Of a DNA stretch of 64,000 nt, positions 43,862-59,450 are shown piece after piece. Numbering within the stretch: position 1 is the stretch's first letter; the number at the start of each line of letters is the position of its first letter. The notes under the pieces were generated by a model that worked only from the letters and a program-made list of their open reading frames with translations, was not told the DNA's origin and made no database searches. Origin of the DNA: Eledone cirrhosa (lineage: Eukaryota); the NCBI GenBank assembly GCA_964016885.1, contig OZ024759.1:24428001-24492000 (forward strand). Direction: 5' to 3'. A program made the translations under genes and the position numbers.

Positions 43862-44258
43862 TCATAGAAATGTAATGAATCCAATGATTCCACCTTGAGT
43901 ACATACTCTATGCAATATGTATTTAGTATTTAATATATATATACAATATATTGTGATTTCTCTACGGTATATGGCTCTTTCTCTCTCTATATATATACAT
44001 ATATCTTTTTCCTTTGATTTTATATATATATATATATATATATGTATATTCCAAATATATATATGTGTGTGTATATATATATATATATATATAAACACAC
44101 ACACACATAACGAGATTAGAATACCGAAACCCCGATGGTGTTCAGCGGTCGATTAATCAGAGGTGACTGTTATGTGCTTCGTCCGTTTTTCCGTTGTCTT
44201 CGCTCACCGGTTTTGATTCATTTTGTACATTCTTTGCCTTGCACATCACTTATCAAAT

Positions 44259-44302
<44 letters not shown>

Positions 44303-44422
44303 ATGAGAAGAAAGAATACTGGGTGGTTGCACATGGGTTACATAGGATAAAAATAGTCCTTCATCAGTGATTTTCCAACCTTCACTTGTATTTCATCGCT
44401 TTATATATATATATCCACACAC

Positions 44423-44464
<42 letters not shown>

Positions 44465-44584
44465 TAAGATATATATATATATACACATATATATATGTTT
44501 ATATATATATTTATATGTATAAGCATACATATATATATGTATATATACATATGTGTGTATAAACATATATCTATATATATATAC

Positions 44585-44776
<192 letters not shown>

Positions 44777-45143
44777 TGTGTGTATATATATATGTATATA
44801 TATATATATATATGTAGACATTCCGGAGCAAAAAAAAACTCATTATTTACCCTTCATCTTCATAAAGTATTAAAGTCCACTTCGGTATTCAATACTTATA
44901 CCATGAACATCACACGCATGGTTATATATGAATATATATATAGACAGAGACAGATATAGAGTCTTGGGTGTGAATGTATGTATATATTTGTGTGTGAATT
45001 GAATACGATAATCGCAGGAGTATTATATTTTAGCACTATAAACAAATACGTATTTATAGAACATACTGTAGACGTAGCTGCACACCTAGGCACACATAAA
45101 TGAATATCTGTATAAATGGATGTATGAACTTATGTATTATTAT

Positions 45144-45229
<86 letters not shown>

Positions 45230-45320
45230 CACATGTATAAATATATGTATATTTATACATATATATATATATATACACTCACATATGTATGTATATATCT
45301 GCAAATATATATATATGTGT

Positions 45321-45354
<34 letters not shown>

Positions 45355-45555
45355 ATATTATATATAAATATACATACATACATATATATACACATACATA
45401 CATATATATAAATATATATATACATACACATGTATAAATATATGTATATTTATATATATATATATATATATACACTCACATATGTATGTATATATCTGCA
45501 AATATATATATGTGTGTGTATATAAATTTATATAGATAAACGCACACATACACAC

Positions 45556-45688
<133 letters not shown>

Positions 45689-45821
45689 ATTTGATAAGGG
45701 AATATACACCAACGTATAGGCACTTCAGTCAGATTTGTTTTTCGGTTAATATAAAGTAAATTAGTTTTTTCCTGAGTTTTCTCCCGATTTTAAAGTGAAA
45801 CACCCTCACACAAACACTCGT

Positions 45822-45905
<84 letters not shown>

Positions 45906-46111
45906 CAAACATACGTATATATATATGTATAATTAAAGATAGTGCCTCGAAGGATTCCTGAAATAATCTCAGTGATACATACATATGTGTGTGTGTGTGC
46001 ATGTGTGTATGTATGTATATTTTATATAGAAACAACTTCTACAGCACTAGAAGATTTTCATTCGTATTAAATCATTACGAATGTGCTTCTTCTCTACTAA
46101 AGTAATGCTAA

Positions 46112-46176
<65 letters not shown>

Positions 46177-46295
46177 AAGATATATATATATATATACACA
46201 TATATATATATTTATATATATATTTATATGTATAAGCATACATATATATATGTATATATACATGTGTGTATAAACATATATCTATATATATATAC

Positions 46296-46443
<148 letters not shown>

Positions 46444-46478
46444 CTTTATTCTCTATAAGTAATTCCTAACACTATATA

Positions 46479-46535
<57 letters not shown>

Positions 46536-46732
46536 ATAGGACGACTGGGCATTTTAACTTCTATACCCTAAATATTTGAAATATTTGTTCACTCTTCATG
46601 TACTGAGAATATATTATACAGTCACAATCACACATTAACACGTTTATCTTGTCATATAGATATATATATATAGTTTTACGTATACACACACACACACACA
46701 CACACATACACACACACATACATATATATATA

Positions 46733-46950
46733 TGTTGATAAAACAACAACAACAACAACAATAATAATATAATAATAATAATAATAATAATTGTTTGTAC
46801 TTTAGGCACAAGGCCAGCAAATACCCAGTGCATTACTGGTACTTTATTGCACTGGGTAATTGCTGGCCTTGTGCCTAAAGTAGAAACAATTATTTTTATT
46901 ATTATTATATTATTATTGTTGTTGTTGTTGTTGTTGTTTTATCAACATAT
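46733..46950. repeat. Fold-back duplication of a SINE tail plus flanking (AAC)n(AAT)n
   Basis: tgttgataaaacaac...aggcacaaggccagcaaatacccagtgca / tgcactgggtaattgctggccttgtgcct...gttgttttatcaaca. Confidence 0.8.
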
Positions 46951-46956
46951 ATATAT

Positions 46957-47083
46957 TGATGATTTCTAATGAATGAAACAGTTCTAGTCCTGTAGAATCT
47001 CATCTATATTAAAACTGTTATACTCTGCTATGTATTGAGTACCTTACTTACTGTGGTTACCTCCGATTCAACCCGGAATAACG

Positions 47084-47084
<1 letters not shown>
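46957..47084 (+). mobile_element. Family A element without inverted arm
   Basis: tgatgatttctaatgaatgaaacagttctagtcctgtagaatc...ccggaataacgt. Confidence 0.8.
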
Positions 47085-47140
<56 letters not shown>

Positions 47141-47241
47141 ATAAAAATAATTGTTTCTACCTTAGGCACAAGGCCAGCAAATACCCAGTACATTACTGGT
47201 ACTTTATTTTATCGTCCCCGTAAGGATGAAAGGCAAAGGCC

Positions 47242-47282
<41 letters not shown>

Positions 47283-48454
47283 TGTGTGTGTGTAATAATA
47301 AAAATAATAACAGCAATAAGGACAAAACAAGTAAATATTAAGAAGCAAAATAAATATAATCTATTCCGAATTTATAGAATACTGATTAAAATAATGTTGT
47401 GTTTAAACGTAGATCTTAAAATGTAACAATACAATGCGGGTAGAAGTGTGATCCTATTCTTCAGAGATCCTGCTAAATTACAGATCACCTTACATTTTTT
47501 ATTAGTTAGGTCTGGAGGAATGCCCACTCTGCATGTCCCTTTCACGCCTTCTTAGATAGATGAGTGTGATATTGTTAATTTTTAGTTTAAATCTCTAATT
47601 AATCCTTTCTATTTTATCATCTCTCCTGGGACTAAGCTGAAGTTTTAACATTTCCTTTCATAATTTATTTAAGACCGATATTTTTTGTTTGTTTTTAAAT
47701 TTGATTTAGCCATCTACTCTTTAATGAATTCCCTCCAACATAAGTAGAGGGGTCTGTTTGAAACATATATTGCAGTCTCCATTTTATGCCGCAAAAACTT
47801 GCGATGGGCCTGCGACCTGTCCTGGGAGGCGTGGGATGGACGCATAAAGAGTGCATAAGGGAGCAAGCCTTGACAATTGGAACCTGGAAGCTTCGCTCTA
47901 TAATGAAATTCCTCCAACTTATTAATTATTCTCAAAATTAAATGAAACAATTAAGCAGTGTATTTTATTAGAAATATGGTCATGAAATTGTTCACAGAAC
48001 CAAAGACGGTGTGTTGTCGTGGCAACTGAAAACAACTAGAGTAGTTGTATCGGCAGAGCATCGGACAAAATTCCTTTTGCAATTTAGACGCACAATTGTA
48101 TATTCTGATGTTAAATCCCGCTAAGGATGGAATTTATCTTTCTTACTTCAGTTGATCGATAAAACGCAGCATCAGTAATGTACTATGTGTCTATTTAATC
48201 AATTATTTCTTATTCAAGATATGTGGTCTTCTACTTATGTTAAACATCAATAGCAATCATATCGCCCCGCCTGTATATATGTATATATGGTCCCGTAACT
48301 CCTGAGAGTGTTGTAGGGGTGCTGTATTGACATACGGCGTTTCCTGGGCATTTTAAGCCTGGCGGAGCCCATCCCTCTCCAGGCCTGAGTGCAGCACATT
48401 TCTTCCAGAGAAATATAGAAAGTGAGAGAGAGGAAATTAGAAAGAAATATACAG

Positions 48455-48620
48455 AAAGAATTGACCCCAGTACTAGTCTGGTACTTTTTTTTATCGACCT
48501 CGAAATGATGAAAGGCAAAATTGACCTCGGCGGGATTTGAACTCAGGGCGCAGAGAGGCGGGATGAATGTCATAAAGATTTCTATCCGGCGTTCTAACAA
48601 CTCTGCCACTTTGCCGCCTA
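48455..48620 (-). mobile_element. tRNA-derived SINE
   Basis: gaccccagtactagtctggtac...aaaggcaaaattgacctcggcgggatttgaactcag...ctctgccacttgccgcc. Confidence 0.78.
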
Positions 48621-49235
48621 TAGTGTTATATAGAAAAAACATAAAATTTACAGCTCGCCTATACTGGTTGAGGTGACCTTTTAAATAGTTGCTTCTCTAG
48701 AGTTTTCTTTGATAATTTAATAATAAGGGCTCCCAATTTGATCGTGAACAGAAACGAAAAATGAAGGGTCTTGTTTCAAAACACAAAGTGCCACCCAGTC
48801 CTGGATTTGAACCCCGAACTTGTGTTAGTGAGTTTAACACCCTAAACATAAGTTCACGCGCCTTTAAAGGTATAATATAATGCCGTCCTCAATACATTAC
48901 GGCTGAAAACGAAAATCAACAAGTATTCTACTTTTTCTGGGGGATCTTTATGTCTTCTGCCTGCTGGAGATAGCAGTCACATTTCCTTCAAATTAGCCTT
49001 CCCGCCATGAAAAACGAGGCCACATTGGATAAATGTAGATTTAGATATCCATTGCCGCTCGAGAGTCAATATTCACACGATACTCTAGTCCGGAACACCT
49101 TTGATCATAGGACTCTCAGTCAGGGAGACTTTCTGAAGTCTTTAGATCTGCTAGACATAGCAGTTAATTGCCTGTAATCCACGTCTTACCAACTAAAAAT
49201 GAGAACGCCACTATAATATAGAGCTGAATGTATTA

Positions 49236-49266
<31 letters not shown>

Positions 49267-49267
49267 A

Positions 49268-49457
49268 CGGTGAATTGGCAGTATCGGTAGAGGGTTGGAC
49301 GCCATGCTTTGATGCATAGAGTTACGGCCCTTGCCATTCTGAGTTCAAATCCCGCCTAGGTTAACTTTGCCTTTCATCCTTACGGGGTCGATAAAATAAA
49401 AGTACCAGTAATGCACTGGCATAATTGCTGGCCTTGTGCCAAAAGTACAAACAATTA
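49268..49457 (+). mobile_element. Full-length tRNA-derived SINE
   Basis: A box tggcagtatcggtagag, B box gagttcaaatccc, tail ggccttgtgccaaaagtacaaacaatt. Partial minus copies at 43112-43217 and 47147-47240. Confidence 0.85.
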
Positions 49458-49732
49458 TATTTGAAGAAAGACAAGATGGTCAGTGTTGGAACGCTTTTTG
49501 ACATAGCGTTTCTCAAGAGGGGCTGACATGGAGCTAAGCAAATACCACAACACGACACAAATGTTATACAGAGGTAAGAGGTCGATTATGGAGTTTACCT
49601 TTTTTTTAAACCAATAATTTAGGAATTTCAAATCAGATTCTAGATATATCAGTTACTTGAAAATTAATTATCTATTTAACTGTCTGTCTGTATGTCTGTA
49701 TGTATGTCTGTCTGTCTGTCTGTCTGTCTGTA

Positions 49733-49769
<37 letters not shown>

Positions 49770-50331
49770 CTCTCTCTATATATTTATATATGTGTGTGTG
49801 TGTGTGTGCGTGTGAGTAGATATACATCTATGTATATGTATTCATGTATAGGTATTCATGTATGTATAAATATATATATGTGACTATATATATTTATATG
49901 TATATATATATATATGAATATATATGTGTGTGTATATATATATATATAAATGAAAGGTATAGAAATTGTTTTAGCGAGAAGCTAATAGTATTCTATAACA
50001 TATGAATATAAATATGCATAAATATATGAATGTATATGTAAATTTATATACATATATATATATATATATATATTCATGTATATATACATATATATATATA
50101 TATACATATACAAATATATACATAATCATATATATACAAATATATACATATATATATTTATATATACATATATATACACATATATATATATATATACACA
50201 TACATATATATATATACATATATATATATGTATATATATACATATATATATACATTTATATATACACTTACATGTATACACACACATATCTATATATATA
50301 TATACACTTACAGTATACACACGCACACACA

Positions 50332-50454
<123 letters not shown>

Positions 50455-50483
50455 TTATATGTACATTTATATGTATATGTATG

Positions 50484-50532
<49 letters not shown>

Positions 50533-50891
50533 TTATATGTACATTTATATGTATATGTATGTATGAACGTGTATATATATATATATATGTGTGTATGTGT
50601 ATATATATGTGTATGTATGTGTATATATGGATATATATATATATATATATTTATATATACACTCACAGGGTCACCCAACACACACACATATATACATATC
50701 TTTCTCGGGCGGGTAAAATTCCCGAGAATATGATGTAAATGCGAATACACTATACGTTAAACTGTGGATAAACGGCTTAGTGTTGGAACATACATATATA
50801 AATATATATATATATACACACATATAATATGTATATATATATATGTATCTATAAATATATATATATACAAATATATATATATATACATATG

Positions 50892-50948
<57 letters not shown>

Positions 50949-51068
50949 GGTATCCCTGAAATATGTATAATGAAATAAATATGGTTTTATAAATATAGTT
51001 TCCATTTATTTAATATCGTATATATATATATATGTATATATATATAAATATACATATATATATATATG

Positions 51069-51118
<50 letters not shown>

Positions 51119-51144
51119 CATATTTATATATACATATATAAATA

Positions 51145-51177
<33 letters not shown>

Positions 51178-51228
51178 TTACATATTTATATATGTAGATA
51201 TATATATACATATATATATATACATATT

Positions 51229-51260
<32 letters not shown>

Positions 51261-51261
51261 C

Positions 51262-51422
<161 letters not shown>

Positions 51423-51461
51423 AATATATATATATATGTATATATATATTTATATATATAC

Positions 51462-51518
<57 letters not shown>

Positions 51519-52113
51519 AACATAACATTCGAAATAGGGTACATAACCGTCAAACTAAATTATATAGCATGTAAGTAAGCATTACACATATTCAGCAAAC
51601 ACTTAATCTATTTTGAAATAAAATATATATTATTTTAAGATTTATATCTTTAAATCTTTAAATTAGCTACGAATGGGATATTTTACGCATTTGCTAAGAC
51701 AGCACCAGAAACCGACTGTAGTTCTTAGAAAGAAATTTGTGTTTATATATATCTAAACACATTATGTAAGAAGGTTTGTTAAGTTACACTCCGAACACCG
51801 GTTAACTTACATGAATAAAACCCACCATGTTCTTGAATACTTTCAGAAGTATTTGAAACTCAAAGGCATTAAAATTATGAAAAATGTCCTTCATAAGAAT
51901 TATGTGAATAAACGAGTTAGAGGGTTTTTATTAATTAAAAAAGAAATACGTCCTTCATAAATTTGTGCGTGGAGTACTTTAAGGTATTTTCCAAACACCA
52001 CTTTGCTAATGAGAAATTTAGTTATATAATTAATTCGATATTCTTGATTATTTAAAAAATATTATAAAATTCATAGGTTACGGAAAGGTTTAACCAATAT
52101 ATATGTGTGTGTG

Positions 52114-52145
<32 letters not shown>

Positions 52146-52180
52146 AGAGAGTGTGTGTAAACAGAATATATACATATAAA

Positions 52181-52312
52181 AATAGCCGTCGAAACGGCTT
52201 GAGCTCAGCTGTCGGGGTCTTACTGGTTCCTATTACCCACTCTACTACCTCAAGTATTGAGTACTTTGGTGCGTTATGGTCCACCTGGTTCCTTACAACA
52301 TTTCCTTCGTTA
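52181..52312 (+). mobile_element. Family B element
   Basis: aatagccgtcgaaacggcttgagctcagctgtcggggtc...catttccttcgtt. Confidence 0.8.
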
Positions 52313-52378
52313 TAAAAATATATATATATATATATATATATATAGGTAAACAGAATATATATATATAAATATATATAT

Positions 52379-52460
<82 letters not shown>

Positions 52461-52507
52461 GTATATCATATATACTGTATATGTTATTATATATTATATA
52501 TGTATTA

Positions 52508-52540
<33 letters not shown>

Positions 52541-52854
52541 CTTATAAACATCACATATTTATATATACATATATATATTTATATATATCATCACAATTTA
52601 AATTATAACACAATTTAACATTCGTTTTATTTGCATGTAAATATATGTATGTATATTTAAGTATTTAGATGAAAATCCATACGAACTATATGTGACTTAT
52701 ATATGAAATACATTCACATATCAATGTACGTATATATGCGTGTATTCATATGTATATACACTTATTCAGATATCGGATAAGAAGCACTCTACAGTTTGTA
52801 GGACTGGAGTATACATAATATATAAGATCAAAAGATGGTTAAATGAGTTCCATG

Positions 52855-52925
52855 TATTTTATTATGCGCATTTCAAAAACAAATATCATCATGCAATAAC
52901 ATTTGTGTTTTCATCAGATAAAATA
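52855..52925 (-). ncRNA. Complete type I hammerhead motif (family J; element about 52765-52960)
   Basis: UAUUUUAU-CUGAUGA-AAACACAAAUGUUAU...AUAUUUGUUUUU-GAA-AUGCGCAU-A-AUAAAAUA; 8 bp stem I; palindrome AUGCGCAU. Confidence 0.82.
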
Positions 52926-53017
52926 GGACATGATTTGAAGGTTAAAAACACTTGTGGATAGTATATATATATGACAAATGTATAACACACACATGCACAC
53001 ACATACACACACACACT

Positions 53018-53056
<39 letters not shown>

Positions 53057-53196
53057 TCAAATGTTATAGCATGTTAAGTGGACAGTGTATCTTGTGCATG
53101 TTGCAAAATATAGTGTTCACATGAAGTGAAATATATTTATAAGAAATATTAGATCATTACTCTTAGGGTAAAACCGTGTACTAATATCTGTATGCG

Positions 53197-53260
<64 letters not shown>

Positions 53261-53430
53261 GATATATATATATATGCAGATATATGTTTGCTTGTATATG
53301 TGTGTTTATATATATGTATATATATGAATATATATATATATATATGTATATAAGTTTATATATATATTCATACAGGTTTATATATATATATATATATATG
53401 CATATAGGTTTATATATATATATGCATATA

Positions 53431-53493
<63 letters not shown>

Positions 53494-53565
53494 GTGGATG
53501 GATACTTCAACAGGTACAATGTACTTGTAGAAATATTCAAGTTGTTTATAATACATGTGGTTCAA

Positions 53566-53676
<111 letters not shown>

Positions 53677-54050
53677 TGTATGAATATACAGAAATATAGA
53701 AATATATATATACAGAAATATAGAATATATAGAAACGACCAAGTAATTCGGGTCATAAAATAAAATAGGATTGAAATATATATATATGCATATAGGTATA
53801 TCTGTATATATATATATATATAATACATATATATGTGTGTGTGTATACATTTATGTATGTATATACATATAGGGGTGTGTTTGTGTCAAAGCCTGTTGTG
53901 TGTGAGTGCGTGTGTTGGGTCGAATTACAAGGACATAGCAAAAGGTCTCATGTAGCAAGACAGAAATCTAGTTACATGAGGCACTCAGTAGTTATAACTT
54001 ATATAGACACTTATCTCTTCTCTCCCTGTCTTTTCACCTCTTCACAATTG

Positions 54051-54083
<33 letters not shown>

Positions 54084-54281
54084 AGTATATACCCGACAAA
54101 TCAGATTGGTATGATATCTGTGTATGATAAATGTGTCGTACTTATATTTATGACATTTTCCAACGTAATTTAAATGAGAAATAGATAGGTATTGCTATAT
54201 GTACACACGGAGACGCTTATATATATTTATAGATACATGTGTGTGCGTGCACATATCTTATATATGTATGTTTGTATATGC

Positions 54282-54342
<61 letters not shown>

Positions 54343-54504
54343 TGTGTGTGTGAGTATATATGTATACTTTGTATGTAAGAGAGAGAAATGTAAATACACA
54401 GGTGATTCAAAGATAAATATTTAAATTATTTAAATATGTAGTCCACCGCATTTATTTGCCTTGCGGACTTTCATGATATATATAATACAATATAATTTAA
54501 TGTT

Positions 54505-54547
<43 letters not shown>

Positions 54548-54549
<2 letters not shown>

Positions 54550-54745
54550 TAATGTAGAAATTGGTTCTACGGAACAGAACTGTTTCATTCGTAGGAAATC
54601 ACCAGAACAGCTTTCCTGGTGATTTCCTACGAATGAAACAGTTCTATTCCTGTAGAAGCTATTTCTATATTAACCTTTGTTGTATATATTCTACTAATGT
54701 ATTGAGTACCTTATTTACTGTGTTTACTCCCGATTGAACATGTGA
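54548..54745 (+). mobile_element. Family A fold-back element (core mutated to CUGGUGA)
   Basis: agctttc-ctggtga-tttcctacgaat-gaaacag...ctgtagaagct. Confidence 0.72.
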
Positions 54746-54899
54746 CTAATATATATATATATATATATATGAATTAGTTTTGCGAGGTTTTTTATATGAA
54801 ATCGTGTGTCGAAACAAATATTGTTATACTTGAGGAGGGTCATATGTGTGTAATATTGCCAGAATTAATAACAGAACACACATATCTTCCTACATATAT

Positions 54900-54973
<74 letters not shown>

Positions 54974-55409
54974 ATACACATATTTGTTAACAAATACTAT
55001 TAAATATATTTATCTATTCGCTTTACAATTACACACACTTATAAATAATATGCACACACATATATTAATATATTTCTAACTGTAGCTCTTTATATACACA
55101 AAAATGTATACATATGTCCGTGTGTGTATATCAGGAAAAACAGACAAAACTGGTTAGACTATTACTCAACAGAGTACTTGATACTTGGGTTAGTAGGGTA
55201 TGGATCATATTGTAAAGAATTGCTCCTTGTTCCAGACTACACACACTCACATGTGTGTGTGTTGACACTAACAAGACCAATATTCAACTTGTTACCCCAT
55301 ATGTATATATATATGTATATATATATGTGCATCCCGGGTTTAATCGGGAGTAACCGCATTAAGTTCTCCACGCTTTTGTATATCTCCAATTCCATTCAAG
55401 GGAGTATAA

Positions 55410-55542
55410 GTATCAAAATGAAAATCCGAAGGCAAGGTAAAATTCCAATCATTTAATCACGACACATATCGATCTATCTCTTATTGAAACATGTGTCGTG
55501 ATTAAATGATTGGAATTTTACCTTGCCTTTGGATTTTCATTT

Positions 55543-55550
<8 letters not shown>
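55410..55550 (+). mobile_element. Fold-back element with HHR 3' half
   Basis: About 57 bp arms; gaaacatgtgtc-gtgattaaatg (GAA-ACAUGUGU-C). Confidence 0.6.
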
Positions 55551-55635
<85 letters not shown>

Positions 55636-55637
<2 letters not shown>

Positions 55638-56012
55638 ACACGGGTGTGTATGATTGAGTATAGAAGATTATATTAATAAAAGGAATTCCAACTTTGTCTG
55701 ATTTACTCGTTTTATTTACAATCCTTTAAAATTTATAATGGTATTAGAATGAAATAGTATGGTAGAATATTAAATGTTAAGTGTTAATTGAACAAGTACT
55801 TTCATGCTTTCGCAATCTTCAGGTTCATAATGTGTGGTGACAGTCAAGTTACAATGAACCTGAAGATTGCGAAAGCATGAAAGTATTTGTTCAATTAACA
55901 CTTAACATTTAATATTCTACCATACTATTTAATTCTAATACCATTATACATTTTAAAGGATTGTAAATAAAACGAGTAAATCAGACAAAGTTGGAATTCC
56001 TTTTATCAATAT
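55636..56012. mobile_element. Second family C fold-back element
   Basis: Close copy of 33841-34275 with a different fold-back point; tgaacctgaagattgcgaaagcatgaaagta on both strands. Confidence 0.85.
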
Positions 56013-56347
56013 ATATATAAACGGAAAAAAATGAAACGAAATTTCATTTCCCACTCTTAGTACGGCTGTTACTTAAATATAAGTATGTACACGTACATAC
56101 ATATATGTATACAGACGTACAGTAGTATGTATATTATATACATACATGCACACATATATATATGTACGTAAGAATTCACCGAACATTTATTATAATGCTC
56201 GGTGTGTTTGTAAACAAACATATCCCGTATTAAACCGTAGGTCAATCCATACGTACATATATATATGTGTGCATGTATGTATATAAATATACATACTACT
56301 GTACGTCTGTATACATATATGTATGTACGTGTACATACTTATATTTA

Positions 56348-56379
<32 letters not shown>

Positions 56380-56468
56380 TCCCCATCACCTACAACTAGT
56401 AGAGTATGGATCACTGTTGCACATGGGTTACATATGATAAAAATAGTCCTTCGTCAGTGATTTTCCAA

Positions 56469-56550
<82 letters not shown>

Positions 56551-56732
56551 GTAGGTCCCGGGTTGAGTCGGGGATAACCACAGTAAGTAAGGTACTCAAT
56601 ACATGGCAGAGTAAAATATATTTATTGTATAGAAGGAGCTTCTACAGGACTAGTACTGTTTCATTCAGATGAAAGCTTCCTGAAGATTTCATCTGAATGA
56701 AACAGTACTAGTCCTGTAGAAGCTCCTTCTAT

Positions 56733-56738
<6 letters not shown>
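56551..56738. mobile_element. Family A fold-back element with complete HHR (56675-56723 +)
   Basis: GCUUC-CUGAAGA-U-UUC-AUCU-GAA-U-GAA-ACAG-UACUAGUC-CUGU-A-GAAGC. Confidence 0.83.
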
Positions 56739-56785
<47 letters not shown>

Positions 56786-56869
56786 TCTTTTACCTCTCTT
56801 TTACCTGTTTCAGCCATCCGGCTGAGGCCATGCTGGGGCACCGCCCTTATATATATATATATATATATA

Positions 56870-57106
56870 CGATATTAAACAAATGGAAACTATATTTATA
56901 AAACCATATTTATTTCATTATACATATTTCAGGGATACCATATTAAAAATATGGCATGCCTTCGTCAGATAAAATACAATATATAAACAGTTTTATAAAT
57001 AATTTTGACGTACCATAAATATAAGCGACCATTAAACTTGTCGAGTGCTTTATATCGGTTATAAAATATTTACTTGTTGTAACCCAACAATTTTAAATAA
57101 AACTTT

Positions 57107-57110
<4 letters not shown>
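56870..57110 (-). mobile_element. Family E element (CUGACGA core) joined to an inverted tail
   Basis: atttcattatacatatttcagggatacc...ccttcgtcagataaaata; tail gagtgctttatatcggtt on plus. Confidence 0.72.
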
Positions 57111-57195
<85 letters not shown>

Positions 57196-57411
57196 GTAGG
57201 AGGTGAGTTTTATTGTAGTACAATAAAGCAATGCAGATATCGGATAAGAAGCACTCTACAGTTTGTGGGACTGGAGTATGCATAATATAAGATCAAAAGA
57301 TGGTTAAAGGAGTTCAAAAATGTGAAAACACAAATATTATTGTTTGATGATGTTTGTTTTTGAAATGCGCATAATAAAATATATTGAACTCCTTTAACCA
57401 TCTTTTGATCT

Positions 57412-57420
<9 letters not shown>
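57196..57420. mobile_element. Family J fold-back element, about 120 bp from the Lbx donor
   Basis: Homologous to 52765-52925; arms 57282-57317 and 57384-57419; gaaatgcgcataataaaata on plus. Confidence 0.75.
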
Positions 57421-57478
<58 letters not shown>

Positions 57479-57535
57479 TACATATGTATATAAATTCACA
57501 TAAATAATGTATAAACTTGACATGCATTACAACTT

Positions 57536-57541
57536 ACTTAC
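57536..57541 (-). other. 5' splice donor GTAAGT of Lbx intron 1
   Basis: + strand acttac at 57536-57541 reads GTAAGT on minus (perfect consensus). The reading frame stops two codons into the intron. Confidence 0.85.
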
Positions 57542-57855
57542 CCATCGAATCCGACGTTTCCAGACCTTCGAAAGTCTTATTAGCCATTTCCATAAGAGCA
57601 TCCAGTGGCGAAACTGTTTTCACGATGGACGGTATCGGTGCATCATCATCGACATTAATCTCTTCCTCTTCGTCGTCATCCTCTTCCCCTTCCTCCTCCC
57701 CCTCATCTTCAGCCTCCACGTCCGACGAGGTGTTGTTATCACTGTCCACACCCGTGTCCCACGGCCGGACGATACGAGCCCCGTTCGAAATGGTAGTGGC
57801 CGCAATGCGAGTGCTGCGAGTGTTACCGGTAAAACTTCTCCGACTCGCGTGATGT

Positions 57856-57919
<64 letters not shown>

Positions 57920-59415
57920 GGTTGTTGCTGTTGTAATGGTGGTGGTGATGATGTTGTTGTTGTTGATGATGATGATGTTGTTGTTGTTGTTGTTGTTGGT
58001 GTTGTTGTTGTTGTTGTTGTTGGAGTGGCTGATGAGGATGACTGTTTTGTGTGCTTTGTAGTTGTGGTGGGGCACGCATGGCATGGTGGTTGCGATAGTA
58101 ACGGCTACTGTTGCCACTATTAGCATTGTTAGTGTTATTATTAATAAGGTTAGTAGTAGATTGGTGGCTGGTTTTGCTGCTGCTGCTGTTGTTGTTGTTG
58201 TTGTTGTGATGGTGTAGGTGGATGTCACGGTGGTTGTCATTGTTGTTGTTGTTGTTGTTGTTGCTGTTGCTGTTGTTGTTGTTGTAGTATTGGTGGTAGA
58301 AGTCGTAATGATCTATCAATGGGTGGTGTTTACTGTGTGGAGGGTTGTGATGGACCTTTGATAGATGTGGCGGTAGGTTGGGCTTAGTACAGTCTCTGAC
58401 CACCGGTGGGGGTGGTGGTGTTGTTGTTGGTGTTGTTGGTGTTGTTGGTGTTGTTGCTGTTGTAGCTGTTGCAGCAGTTGTAGGTGATGGGGAAGATGAT
58501 GATGATGATAATGGCGGTGTCGGTGGTTGCGATGGCGGCGGTGGCGGTGGTGTCGGTGTTGGTGTTGATGACGATGGTGGTGGTGTGGGCGGCGACGGTA
58601 TCACCGTCGTCGTAGCTGCTGTTGTTGTTGTTGTTGTTGTTGCTGTTGATGATGATGTTGATGATGATGATGATGATGTTGTTGTTATTGCTGTTGGCGG
58701 CGTTGTAGTGGTTGTTCTTGATGGTGGTGGTGGTGGTGGTTGTGGTGGTTGTGGTGGCGGTGGTGATGATGTTGGGGACGACGGTGTTGTTGGTGTTGGT
58801 GTTGGCGTTGTGTCGTTTTCTGTGTCGGTGTTTACGCTGACCGCCAAGCGTTTGCTGTTGCGGTCATTCGAGGTGGGGTGGTGGTGGTGGTGGTGGTGGT
58901 GGTGGTGGTGGTGGTGTGGGTGGTGGTGTGAGTGACCGGTGCGGTGCACTGAGTGGACTTGATTGCCGGTGCTGTTGCTGCGATTGTGATGACGAACAGC
59001 CGTTAACGATGTTGATGATGACGACAATGATGATGTTAATGATGTTAATGATGATGATGATGATAATAGCGATGGCGATGATGATGATGATGGTGGTGGT
59101 GGTGATGTGGATGAAGATGATAATGGTGACGTTGTTGCTGTTGTTGTGCTAACAGTGTTATTAGTGGCGTTGCTGTTAGCGTTGTGGTTGTTGATGGTGT
59201 TAGTGTTTGTTGCTGTTGTTGTTGTCGATGCAGTTATTATTGTCGTTGTTGTTGTTGTTGTCTTTGCGTCGTCTTCATCGTTATTGCCCACCACCGAGAA
59301 AGAGAAGGAAGAGGTGTTGTTGTTGTTGGTGGTGTTGTTGTTGTTGTTGCGGGTCGCATGGCTATTACTGTTGTTAGTGCTGTTACTATTGTTAGTGTTA
59401 GTAGCAATGGCTGGT

Positions 59416-59450
<35 letters not shown>

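Noticed and set aside
49268-49360. tRNA gene
   Set aside because: A and B boxes are present but there is no cloverleaf; it continues into a SINE body.
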